Position numbers and translations under genes: made by a program. Shown in pieces: positions 1 to 9,564 of a stretch of DNA of 64,000 nt. The stretch covers positions 576,001-640,000 of the forward strand of contig CAWJTV010000041.1 of assembly GCA_963845755.1 (NCBI GenBank), read 5' to 3'. The stretch's first letter is position 1, and each line of letters opens with the position of its first letter. The DNA comes from an uncultured Planctomycetota bacterium. Its GTDB lineage: Bacteria > Planctomycetota > Planctomycetia > Isosphaerales > Isosphaeraceae. Under the pieces are notes generated by a model. That model searched no databases, was not told the origin of the DNA, and saw only the letters and a program-made list of their open reading frames with translations.

Positions 1-319
1 CGGAGCAAAGTCGTCGAGTCTCCGGCGCGGACAAAGGTGGTCATTTCGAGGAACGCCCGGCGCTCAACGGCCGGAGACGCCATCGCGCGGATCCTCCGGG
101 GGTCACGGCCATGGAGAACTCTCCGAAAAGGGGTTGGCCTGGATCGGGCTTCCCAACTACGCGACCGATCGTGTCAGGCTGGAAAGCCTGGCCTGCGGAA
201 TCCCTCCAGTTTGACTTTCCGCCGAGATTGACGGCGCCGTTTGTGATCGTTACCCTGTAACTTTACGCCACCAAGTGACCAGAATGGTCGCTCTGAGCAA
301 TGACGGGAGAGCATGAACT

Positions 320-1606
320 GTGGGTTCGACCTGCGTGGTGGGGCTTCAATGGGGAGATGAGGCCAAGGGGAAGATTGTCGACCTGTTGTGCGATCAGCAC
401 GACGTGGTCGTACGATACCAGGGGGGGGCCAACGCCGGTCACACGGTCGTCATGGAGGGCGTAACCTACAAGCTCTCCCTGGTTCCCACGGGGATCCTCC
501 GGCCGGGGATCCATTGCGTCATCGGCAACGGCGTGGTGATCCATCCCCCTGCCCTGCTCAGGGAGCTCGAAACCCTGACGGCACAAGGCGTTGATGTGGG
601 TCAACGGTTGCATATCAGCGACCGGGCACATGTCATCCTCCCGTACCACCTGGCCGAGGAACGGTTGACCGAGGAATCCGCCTCCTCGGCCGACCATCTG
701 GGCACCACCCGGCGAGGGATCGGCCCCTGCTATCGCGACAAGGTGGGCCGGGTGCACGGCGTCCGGGTGGCCGATCTCTATCATCCCGGACCGTTCCGCG
801 AACGGTTAGGCCGGATCGTCGATTTCAAGAACCGGCTGCTGGGTGCCCTGCTTCCGGACTTCGTCACTATCGAGGTCGAGGCCGTCGCCGCGGAATACCT
901 GGGTTACGCCGACCGACTGGCACCGTTCGTTCGCGACACAACCTCCTGGCTACATCAGGCTTTGGATCAAAGTCGCCGGCTACTCTTCGAAGGGGCGCAA
1001 GGGTCGCTCCTGGATATCGACCACGGCAGCTATCCCTATGTGACCAGCTCGAACAGCAGCTCTGCGGGGATCGCGGCCGGTTCGGGGGTGCCGACGCGTC
1101 ACATCGATCGCTGGATCGGCGTCGTCAAGGCATACACCACCCGCGTGGGCGGAGGGCCGTTCCCCACAGAGCAGGAGAATGCGACCGGCGAGCGGATCCG
1201 GCGCGTGGGCAAGGAGTTCGGGACGGTCACCGGCCGGCCGCGCCGTTGCGGCTGGTTCGACGCCGTCGTGGTCCGTCATGCCGCGCGGGTTAGCGGCTCG
1301 ACCGAGCTGGCCGTCATGCTGCTCGATGTGCTCAGCGGGATCCCCGAGTTGAACGTCGCGGTCGCCTACGAATTTGACGGCCGCCGGATCACCGAGTTGC
1401 CCGCTGCGCTGCCGGACTTCGAGCGTTGTCAACCGATCTATGAGACCCTCCCCGGCTGGACTGAGGACATTAGCACTGTCCGGCAATGGACCGATCTGCC
1501 TCTGGAGGCCAGGAATTACGTCGAATTCCTGGCCAAGACGGTGGGCACTCCGGCGCGGATCGTCTCGGTGGGACCCGATCGACGGCAGACGCTCATCCGG
1601 CAGTAG
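320..1606 (+). CDS. purA: adenylosuccinate synthetase
   Basis: GLQWGDEAKGK, RYQGGANAGHTV, GIGPCYRDK, EFGTVTGRPRRCGWFD motifs; GTG start; 428 aa. Confidence 0.98.
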   Translation: MGSTCVVGLQWGDEAKGKIVDLLCDQHDVVVRYQGGANAGHTVVMEGVTYKLSLVPTGILRPGIHCVIGNGVVIHPPALLRELETLTAQGVDVGQRLHISDRAHVILPYHLAEERLTEESASSADHLGTTRRGIGPCYRDKVGRVHGVRVADLYHPGPFRERLGRIVDFKNRLLGALLPDFVTIEVEAVAAEYLGYADRLAPFVRDTTSWLHQALDQSRRLLFEGAQGSLLDIDHGSYPYVTSSNSSSAGIAAGSGVPTRHIDRWIGVVKAYTTRVGGGPFPTEQENATGERIRRVGKEFGTVTGRPRRCGWFDAVVVRHAARVSGSTELAVMLLDVLSGIPELNVAVAYEFDGRRITELPAALPDFERCQPIYETLPGWTEDISTVRQWTDLPLEARNYVEFLAKTVGTPARIVSVGPDRRQTLIRQ

Positions 1607-1765
1607 ACCGTAGATCATAGGCAGAAGGCAGTGCGTCTCAGTGCAAGCTCTTCCTGGCGCACCGTCGTATGTTATTCCTGTCCGCGATAACCGACGACCG
1701 GTTCCCCGGCGTTGTGAATGGTTTTCACTGCCTACTCCCTATTGCCTCCTGCGTGAGGACGAGCC

Positions 1766-2548
1766 ATGGCGATCACCGAAGAAGGTCTGGAGCGGATCGC
1801 GGCGGTAGGACTGAAGCCCGATCAGCTTCCCCGGCATGTCGCGATCATCATGGACGGCAACGGACGATGGGCGCAGCGGCGGGGCCTGCCGCGGATCGTG
1901 GGACACCGCCGGGGTATCCAGAGCGTGCGTGCGGTGGTTGAAGAAGGCTGCCGACTGGGACTTGACCAGTTGACGCTGTACTGCCTCTCGGTGGAGAACT
2001 GGAAGCGACCTCCTCGAGAGCTGACGTTCCTCATGCGGCTGCTCCGCCATTTCCTGATCGCCGAGCGCAACGAGTTGATGGAGCAGAACGTGCGCGTGAC
2101 GATGATCGGCCGGCGCGACGGCCTCCCGGCCGACGTGCTCAACGAATACGAGCGCACGGCCGAGCAGACCGCCTTGAATGGGGGAATGACACTGTGTCTG
2201 GCAGTCAACTATGGCGGCCGGACGGAGATCAGCGACGCTGCGCGACGGCTGGCCGAAGATGTGCAGGCGGGCCGCCTCGAACCCGACCAGATTGACGAGA
2301 ACCTGTTCGCCTCGTATCTCTGTACGGCCGGGATGAACGACCCCGACCTACTGATCCGCACCGCCGGTGAGATGCGGATCAGCAACTTCCTCCTCTGGCA
2401 GATCTCCTACGCCGAGCTCTGGATCACGCCGACGCTCTGGCCCGATTTCCGCGGCGATGACTTGCTCCAGGCCTGCAACGCCTTCGCTGCCCGCGAACGC
2501 CGGTTCGGCGGCCTCCCCGCCTTCGCCGCCGGAAACGCCGCGCGCTGA
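1766..2548 (+). CDS. uppS: undecaprenyl diphosphate synthase (isoprenyl transferase)
   Basis: HVAIIMDGNGRWA, SVENWKRP, NYGGRTEI, DPDLLIRTAGEMRISNFLLWQISYAE. Confidence 0.97.
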   Translation: MAITEEGLERIAAVGLKPDQLPRHVAIIMDGNGRWAQRRGLPRIVGHRRGIQSVRAVVEEGCRLGLDQLTLYCLSVENWKRPPRELTFLMRLLRHFLIAERNELMEQNVRVTMIGRRDGLPADVLNEYERTAEQTALNGGMTLCLAVNYGGRTEISDAARRLAEDVQAGRLEPDQIDENLFASYLCTAGMNDPDLLIRTAGEMRISNFLLWQISYAELWITPTLWPDFRGDDLLQACNAFAARERRFGGLPAFAAGNAAR

Positions 2549-2833
2549 GCGGCTGTGAATGAATCGGATGCAAGATTCCCGATTCAAGGTTCAAGAACCG
2601 TAATGCCCTACGAAATTGGAGCTTGCGTCGTTTTCTCGTTGTGGATTCCTGATCCGGGATCAGGTCTTTCATGGATTCCGAGCCGAGATCGACCACGGTC
2701 GCGCCGCGCGACCCGGCATTGCGATCTTGCGACCGTCCCGGTAGCGTGTCTGAGGTTCCCCTGAGGAGGCTCACGCGGACTCCTCCGTTTTCGTAAACCT
2801 TTGGCAGCCAAACCATCGGCTGATCCCTCGAAC

Positions 2834-3745
2834 ATGCTTTCCACTCGCTTGTTGTTCGGTCTGCTGATGGTTGCCGGGCTGTTGCTGGCACTCTGGGTGG
2901 ATGAATGGTTCGCGCCCTGGTTCCCGTTCTGGTTCTTGCTGACGGCCACGACCTGGATCGCCGCGGCGGTCGAGCTGAACGGACTGCTCGGGGCTACCAG
3001 TGCGCGGCCGTCGGGCAACTCGGTGATCGGAGGGGTGCTGGCGCTGCTGATCGCCAATTGGGTCCCGCATCTGGCCGAGAATCACGCCTCGGCGGATCGG
3101 GTCGTCGCCCTGTTCTACGACCCCGTCGGTCCGCTCAACGTGCTGGCCTGGCCGTTCCTTGTCTTCATCGCGGTGCTCATGACCAGCTTCGTGGTCCAGG
3201 GCATCCAGTTCGCCAAGCCCGGTCGGACCTTGGCCAAGATTTCGGGGACTGTGCTGGCCGTCGCCTACATCGGCTTGCTGGGCAGCTTCACGGTCCAGAT
3301 GCGATGGTTCGAGGGGCATCTTCAAGGCATCCTGGCGCTGGTGTTCCTCATCGCCACGGCCAAGGGTACCGATACGGGGGCTTACACGTTCGGACGGCTT
3401 GCTGGCCGGCACAAGCTCTGGCCGCGGCTCAGTCCGCACAAGACGATCGAAGGGGCTCTGGGCGGCCTGGCCTTTGGCGTGGGGGCCTCGCTGCTGGTCG
3501 CGGCGATCGCCCGCTACTGGCTTCATGTCCCGACGCTGGAGTGGTCTTACGCCGTCGTCTACGGTGTGGTCGTCGCCACGGTCGCACAACTCGGCGACTT
3601 GATGGAATCGATGATCAAGCGCGACTGCGAGCGCAAGGACGCATCGCAGGCCGTACCCGGCTTCGGCGGCGTCCTCGACGTCATCGATTCCCTGATCTTC
3701 GCCGGGCCCGTCGCTTATGGACTCTGGCTCTGGTTTGGTCCTTGA
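2834..3745 (+). CDS. cdsA: phosphatidate cytidylyltransferase
   Basis: multi-TM; DTGAYTFGRLAGRHKLWPRLSPHKTIEG, GDLMESMIKR...KD...PGFGGVLDVIDS; follows uppS. Confidence 0.95.
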   Translation: MLSTRLLFGLLMVAGLLLALWVDEWFAPWFPFWFLLTATTWIAAAVELNGLLGATSARPSGNSVIGGVLALLIANWVPHLAENHASADRVVALFYDPVGPLNVLAWPFLVFIAVLMTSFVVQGIQFAKPGRTLAKISGTVLAVAYIGLLGSFTVQMRWFEGHLQGILALVFLIATAKGTDTGAYTFGRLAGRHKLWPRLSPHKTIEGALGGLAFGVGASLLVAAIARYWLHVPTLEWSYAVVYGVVVATVAQLGDLMESMIKRDCERKDASQAVPGFGGVLDVIDSLIFAGPVAYGLWLWFGP

Positions 3746-3917
3746 TTCGTTCAGGAAGGTGTTGGGGGAAGGACGGATCGGGGATGTTGCATTTTCTGAG
3801 GGTCGGGTTCCATAATATCTATTGTACGAGCCGGCCTCATCCTGATGGGGGACTTCACGGGCGGCCGCGGCGATGTCGCGGACTTGTCCTACCACGGAGG
3901 CCGGCGAAAGGGGAGGC

Positions 3918-5003
3918 ATGCCGGAAGTTACCATCAGTCTGGAGGGGCATGCCGAGGAACTAGCCGTCTTCGGCAGTCGCGATCAGTACCTCAGGCAGAT
4001 CCGGGACGCCCTGGGAGTGAAGGTCCTGGCCAGGCATGGAGAGGTCCGCATCGAGGGCGACTCCGATCGGATCGAGCAGGCTCGACGGATCTTCGAGGGG
4101 CTGCGTTCGTTATATCGCGTGCGCAAGGCCGTGTCGTCCAACGACGTCAGTGAGCTGATCGACCTGACGCTCCAGGCCCAAGATACCGATCAGCCCGGCG
4201 CCATCGAGATCCGGGAAGGGAGCCGTTCGGTCCGGCCGCGTTCCGATGGGCAGGCGCGGTATATCCGGGCCCTCATCCAGAACGAGCTGGTCTTCTGCAT
4301 CGGTCCGGCCGGTACGGGCAAGACCTACCTGGCCGTCGCCATGGCCGTCTCGCTCCTCCGCCGCGGCCGGATCAAGAAGATCGTCCTGGTCCGGCCGGCG
4401 GTCGAGGCCGGCGAGCATCTCGGATTCCTGCCGGGCGACCTCGAGGCCAAGATCAATCCCTACCTCCGCCCCTTGCTTGACGCCCTCCACGACCTGATGG
4501 ATTACGACCAGATCCGAAGATACATGGATAACGACCTCATCGAGATCGCCCCGCTGGCCTATATGCGCGGGCGGACGCTCAACGATGCGGTGGTCATCCT
4601 CGATGAGGGGCAGAACGCGACCGTGCCTCAGATGAAGATGTTCCTGACGCGCATGGGCCAAAACGCGCGCATCGTCGTCACGGGCGATATCACGCAGGTC
4701 GACCTGCCCACCGGCACCCGGAGCGGGTTGGCCGATGCGGTGGATCGGCTCGGGCGGATTCCCGGAGTCTCGGCGGTCATGCTCGACCGGTCCGATATTG
4801 TCCGCCACCCGTTGGTGCAGGCGATCGTCAACGCGTACGAGGCGAGCGAGATCGGCTCTGATCGCGACGGTCGCGAGGCCGCGTCAGGGCACAACGAGTC
4901 GTCCCACGGGCCGGCCCCCGATCTATCCTCGGGGGAGCCGGCGCATCCTTTCCCGGCCGATCTCTCGGTCGAGATTCCTACGGATTCAACCGCCCCGGAG
5001 TGA
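3918..5003 (+). CDS. phoH: PhoH-family ATPase
   Basis: GPAGTGKTYLA, RPAVEAGEHLGFLPGDL, APLAYMRGRTL, LTRMG, GDITQVDLP; GGAGG RBS before ATG 3918. Confidence 0.95.
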   Translation: MPEVTISLEGHAEELAVFGSRDQYLRQIRDALGVKVLARHGEVRIEGDSDRIEQARRIFEGLRSLYRVRKAVSSNDVSELIDLTLQAQDTDQPGAIEIREGSRSVRPRSDGQARYIRALIQNELVFCIGPAGTGKTYLAVAMAVSLLRRGRIKKIVLVRPAVEAGEHLGFLPGDLEAKINPYLRPLLDALHDLMDYDQIRRYMDNDLIEIAPLAYMRGRTLNDAVVILDEGQNATVPQMKMFLTRMGQNARIVVTGDITQVDLPTGTRSGLADAVDRLGRIPGVSAVMLDRSDIVRHPLVQAIVNAYEASEIGSDRDGREAASGHNESSHGPAPDLSSGEPAHPFPADLSVEIPTDSTAPE

Positions 5004-5169
5004 GGCGGCGCGATGCGGTTCAGCTCCCACGCTCGAGGTCGTCCTCGATCATGAGATCATCACGATCACGAATGGTTGCGCAACATCGCCAAGCCGGGGC
5101 TGTGTCGTCCCGGCACGCTCTTGCGTGGTACGGGGCTCGTGCCCGGCCATGCCGCTCCGAGACGAGGCT

Positions 5170-7413
5170 ATGAGTATAGGTAAGCGGCGTCCCAAGCTCT
5201 CCCGGGCCAATCTGCGGCCCTCTGCGGCCACGGTCTCTCTGAGGCAGGATCGGCTGGCCCGCCAGCGCAGCCGCGCCGCAGTACTAGGGCTGGTCGCCGC
5301 CTCCCTGGTTGCGACCGCGGCCATCGTCCACGGCTCCGGCCCTCCATTCACATACCGGATTGGCGAGCGGCCGGATCGAGAGCTGCGGGTCAACGTCAAG
5401 GAATTCCGGATCCGCAACCAGACCAAGAGCAGCAACGAGCGGCAGGCCGCCGCCGATCAAGTGGCGCCGGTGATGGTCAATGATCCGACGCCGATCGCCG
5501 AGCTGTCCAAGCGGCTCGACGACCTCACCGTGACCATCGCCAAGGCGTCGCGATTCGAAGACATCCCCGAGAATGTCCGTGCCGCCTGGGGTCTGCTGCC
5601 CGAGTCCTTCCTCGAGCTGAAGTCGGCCACGGACACGCCCGAGCGGCGGGACACCTTGCAGGCGCAGATCGCCGAGGCGTTCCAGCCGCTGATTCGCGAC
5701 GGCATACTCGGCACTGGGACTTTGCCCCCCAATGAGGATGCCAGCGTGAACCTGTCCATCCGCCAACCGAAGGAGTCCCGTCCGGTCACGCGGCTGGTCC
5801 CGCGCGACCGAGTCGTCCCCGAGCGGATGATCAAGCCGGATGGCCCGGTGTACAAGGAATTCTGTAACACCTTCACCTCACCGCGGATCGGCCAGATCCT
5901 CTTCGGCCTGATCGCCAATCGCCTCGACGGCACCCCGACCCTTACCTACGAGGCCCAGGCCACCGCTGCGCTCCGTGAGGAGGCGCGGGCCCGTGTCCCC
6001 GATCATTTCGACACATTCAGCCGCGGCGATGTCCTCGTCGAGCAGGGCGAGACCATCGGCGAAGAGCAGCTCATCTTGCTGCGTCTCGAGCACGACGCTT
6101 TCGTGGAGAGCCTCGGGTTTGGCGACCGCGTGCGACGAGCCGGCGGCATCCTGGCCCTGGTCGCCGCGCTCTATGTGCTGACCGGATACTACATTTCGCG
6201 GCACGAGGCACGCTTCGTTCGCGAGACCGGGCGGATCGCCATGATTTGCGGCCTGGTCGTGCTGGCATTGGGCGCCGTGCGCAGGCCTGGGCATGCAGAC
6301 CTGGGACGCCGAGTTGGTTCCCGTCGCCATCGCCTCCATGATCATCGCGATCGCCTACAATCCGAACTTCGCGATGATGGTCACGTTCGCCCTCTCGGTG
6401 TTGACCAGCATCGCCCTGGGGACCGACATTCCCCACTTCCTGATCGTGATGGGGGGGACCGCCGCAGGGGTGCTCACCCTCACCGAGGTCCGCACTCGAA
6501 CCAAGCTGATCAAGGTCGGCGCCACCGCCTCGATCACCTACTTCCTCATGACGTGGGCCACCGGTTTCTGGCAGGATCGGCCGATCGAGCTGATCCGCGG
6601 CGACAGTTTCTGCGCGCGGGATGGGGATTGATGACCGGCTTCTTCCTGGGCGGGAGCCTGCCGTTCCTCGAAGGCGCCCTGGGGATCGTCACCGGCATCA
6701 GCCTGCTCGAGCTGGGGGACAACACCCACCCCCTGCTCCAGGAGCTGGTCCGGCGCGCCCCGGGGACCCACAACCATTCGATCACGGTCGGGGCGATCGC
6801 CGAAGCGGCGGCCGAGCGCGTCGGCGCCGATTCCCTGCTGGTTCGCATTGGCGCCTATTTCCACGACATCGGCAAGATGCTCAAGCCCCACTACTTCGTG
6901 GAGAACCAGGTCGGCTCGATCAATCGCCACGCCAAGCTCGCCCCGGCGATGAGTACGCTCATCATCATCGGCCACGTCAAGGACGGCGTGGACCTGGGCC
7001 GGCAACACCATCTGCCCGAACCGATCATCGACCTGATCGAGCAGCACCATGGGACGACCCTGGTCGAATACTTCTACTACGAGGCAAACCGCCGGAACGG
7101 CAACAACCCCGACGCCTCATCGGTACCCGAGAGCGCCTTCCGCTACCCTGGGCCCAGGCCCCAGACCAAGGAGGCGGCCATCCTGATGGTCGCCGACGCC
7201 GTCGAGAGCGCCAGCCGCACTCTCTCCGACCCCGCCCCTGCCCGGCTCGAGGGACTCGTCAGCGACCTGATCGACAAGCGGCTCCGCGACGGCCAGTTCG
7301 ACGAGTGCGGCCTGACCCTCCGCGAAATCGCCGAGATCCGCGACAGCCTGATCAAGTCGCTGATCGGCATCTACCACGGCCGGGTCAAGTACCCCGAGCA
7401 TCGGACGGCATGA
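5170..7413 (+). CDS. 7TM-HD (HDIG) membrane phosphohydrolase, PgpH/YqfF-like; two compensating frameshifts (~6285, ~6612)
   Basis: APGTHNHS, GAYFHDIGK, HHGTT, FRYPGPRPQTKEAAILMVAD; the TM segment lies in the alternative frame 6293..6631; typical phoH-HD-ybeY-CBS synteny. Confidence 0.9.
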   Translation: MSIGKRRPKLSRANLRPSAATVSLRQDRLARQRSRAAVLGLVAASLVATAAIVHGSGPPFTYRIGERPDRELRVNVKEFRIRNQTKSSNERQAAADQVAPVMVNDPTPIAELSKRLDDLTVTIAKASRFEDIPENVRAAWGLLPESFLELKSATDTPERRDTLQAQIAEAFQPLIRDGILGTGTLPPNEDASVNLSIRQPKESRPVTRLVPRDRVVPERMIKPDGPVYKEFCNTFTSPRIGQILFGLIANRLDGTPTLTYEAQATAALREEARARVPDHFDTFSRGDVLVEQGETIGEEQLILLRLEHDAFVESLGFGDRVRRAGGILALVAALYVLTGYYISRHEARFVRETGRIAMICGLVVLALGAVRRPGHADLGRRVGSRRHRLHDHRDRLQSELRDDGHVRPLGVDQHRPGDRHSPLPDRDGGDRRRGAHPHRGPHSNQADQGRRHRLDHLLPHDVGHRFLAGSADRADPRRQFLRAGWGLMTGFFLGGSLPFLEGALGIVTGISLLELGDNTHPLLQELVRRAPGTHNHSITVGAIAEAAAERVGADSLLVRIGAYFHDIGKMLKPHYFVENQVGSINRHAKLAPAMSTLIIIGHVKDGVDLGRQHHLPEPIIDLIEQHHGTTLVEYFYYEANRRNGNNPDASSVPESAFRYPGPRPQTKEAAILMVADAVESASRTLSDPAPARLEGLVSDLIDKRLRDGQFDECGLTLREIAEIRDSLIKSLIGIYHGRVKYPEHRTA

Positions 7414-7540
7414 GTCGTGCTCATCTGGAAGGCCGATGGCTGATGGCTGAAGGATGAGTCAGAACTGGGCCGGTCTTGATTCATCCTTCATCCTTCATCC
7501 TTTCCCGAAGCCTTCCCCGAGGCCCTTCCCCGGAGCGGAC

Positions 7541-8122
7541 ATGATCGAAGTGGAGATCAGCGATACGCAGAGGCATTTACGCGTCGACCCGGCCGAGGTC
7601 GTCGACCTGGTCCGCCACGTACTCCTCCGCGAAGGCCGGCGGGAGGCATCGATCTCCATCGCCCTGGTCGATCAAGCGGCGATCCACGCCCTCAACCGCG
7701 TTCACCTCGGTCACGACTGGCCCACCGATGTGATCAGCTTCCCGCTCTCGACTCCCGATGACCCGACCCTGGCCGGCGAACTGGTCGTCTCCGGAGAGCT
7801 GGCGCTGGCGACGGCCTCGGAAGTCGGGGCGGAGCCCCGGGACGAGCTGGCGCTCTACATCATCCACGGCCTCCTGCACCTTTGCGGTTATGACGATCAC
7901 ACGGAGTCGGATACCGCGGCGATCCGACGCCGGGAAAACGAACTCCTGGCCGATCTCGGCTACTCCAACCCGTTCCACTTCCCCCGGGAGGGCGAGACTC
8001 CTGGGTCGGATTCGCGATTGTCCATCCTCGATTCTGGATTGTCGGAAAGCGCCTCGTGTTCGAATCCAGATTCCAAGATCCTAGATCCAACAACGGAGGA
8101 GTCCCGCCCGTGGTCCGGTTGA
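7541..8122 (+). CDS. ybeY: rRNA maturation endoribonuclease YbeY
   Basis: LNRVHLGHDWPTDVISF, HGLLHLCGYDD metal-binding motif. Confidence 0.93.
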   Translation: MIEVEISDTQRHLRVDPAEVVDLVRHVLLREGRREASISIALVDQAAIHALNRVHLGHDWPTDVISFPLSTPDDPTLAGELVVSGELALATASEVGAEPRDELALYIIHGLLHLCGYDDHTESDTAAIRRRENELLADLGYSNPFHFPREGETPGSDSRLSILDSGLSESASCSNPDSKILDPTTEESRPWSG

Positions 8123-9408
8123 GCGTGACCGCGCTGTTCGTGGCGAGTCTGCCCGTCCTGGCGTTGCATCTTTTCGCGATTGCCTTGACGAAAGCACTCC
8201 GATCCTATTCGCCGAGCCTGCTGGATGAACGTTGCACGGCGCGGGGCAGCCCGGAGCGCGCCCAGGCGGTCGCCCATCTCGATCAACGGACGGAGCGCAG
8301 TGCCGAGACCATAGCGGTCCTGACGGGCCTGCTCCTTGTGGCCGTGGTCGGAGTGATGGTCAACCGACTGGGGCCCTCATCCCGGGCGGAATGGATGATC
8401 GGGTTCGTGCTGGGGATCGAGTTGCTGGGCTATGTCCTGGCGGGTGTCCTCGGCAAGGTCTTCGCGGAGGCGATCCTCGATGCGACGTGGCCGGCCACAG
8501 GTGCCGTCCGCGCCGCGGCGTTTCCTCTCACGTTCGGCCTCCGCCAGGTCGAACGGCTGGTGGAATGGTCGGCGGGGATCTCCGAGGCGCCGCAGCGGCC
8601 GGCGAGCGTCGAGGTGGAGATCCCCATCGAAGAGGAGGCCCAGGAGGATCTCGAGCCCGAGCTCTCCGAGCCAGTCCGTGAGTTGTTACAGCGCGTCATC
8701 GAACTGACCCGGACCGACGTTTCCAAGATCATGACTCCGCGCCCGCTCATGGTCTCGCTGCCCGCGACCATCACCGCCGAGTCGGCCGCGGCGACCTTCC
8801 ACCTCAGCGGACTGAGCCGCGTGCCGATCTTCGGCGACAATCACGACGACATCCTGGGCATCCTCTACGCCAAGGACCTGTTCGCTCGCATGACCGAGGT
8901 CAAGGACCTGACCAAGATCCAACCGCACAAGCTGGTGCGTCCGGTCCATTTGGTGCCCGAGACCAAGAACGCGTTCGAGCTTCTGGAGGAGCTGCGGATC
9001 CAGCGCCGTCAAATTGCGATCGTGCTCGACGAGTACGGCGGCGTCGCGGGCCTGGTGACGCTGGAGGACTTGCTCGAGCAGTTGGTCGGCCCGATCAGCG
9101 ACGAGCACGACATCCCCGGCATGGCCGAGCCGATCCGCGAGCTGGGCGAGTCGCGTTACGAGGTCGACGCGACCCTGCCGGTCGAAGTCTTGAACGAGCG
9201 ATTGGGCCTCCACCTCCACACCAACGGCGACTACCTCACCGTCGGCGGCCTGGCGTTGCACGCCCTGGGCCGCGTCCCCGAGCAGGGCGAATCGTTCCAG
9301 GCCGACGGCGTTGCGTTCCAGGTCGTCGACGTCGCGGATCACCGCATCCGTCGGCTGGTCCTCGACATCCAGGGGGCCGAGCGGCTGCGTACAGCATCGC
9401 TCTCATGA
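8110..9408 (+). CDS. hemolysin/CNNM-family protein (DUF21 TM + 2xCBS + CorC_HlyC)
   Basis: N-terminal TMs, IMTPR, SRVPIF, IAIVLDEYGGVAGLVTLEDLLEQLVGPISDEHD; GTG start approximate. Confidence 0.9.
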   Translation: MVRLSVTALFVASLPVLALHLFAIALTKALRSYSPSLLDERCTARGSPERAQAVAHLDQRTERSAETIAVLTGLLLVAVVGVMVNRLGPSSRAEWMIGFVLGIELLGYVLAGVLGKVFAEAILDATWPATGAVRAAAFPLTFGLRQVERLVEWSAGISEAPQRPASVEVEIPIEEEAQEDLEPELSEPVRELLQRVIELTRTDVSKIMTPRPLMVSLPATITAESAAATFHLSGLSRVPIFGDNHDDILGILYAKDLFARMTEVKDLTKIQPHKLVRPVHLVPETKNAFELLEELRIQRRQIAIVLDEYGGVAGLVTLEDLLEQLVGPISDEHDIPGMAEPIRELGESRYEVDATLPVEVLNERLGLHLHTNGDYLTVGGLALHALGRVPEQGESFQADGVAFQVVDVADHRIRRLVLDIQGAERLRTASLS

Positions 9409-9564
9409 GAGGGCCTCGGCCGACGACAATGGCAAGCGGATGCTCTACGAACCCATGAGATTCGACCGAACTCCTCGATCCATGCCGAGCATGTGGGGGG
9501 CAGACGCAACATGGCACCAACCTCCGGCGCCACGGTGGCATTCGTACCGATGTCTGCCCCGACG

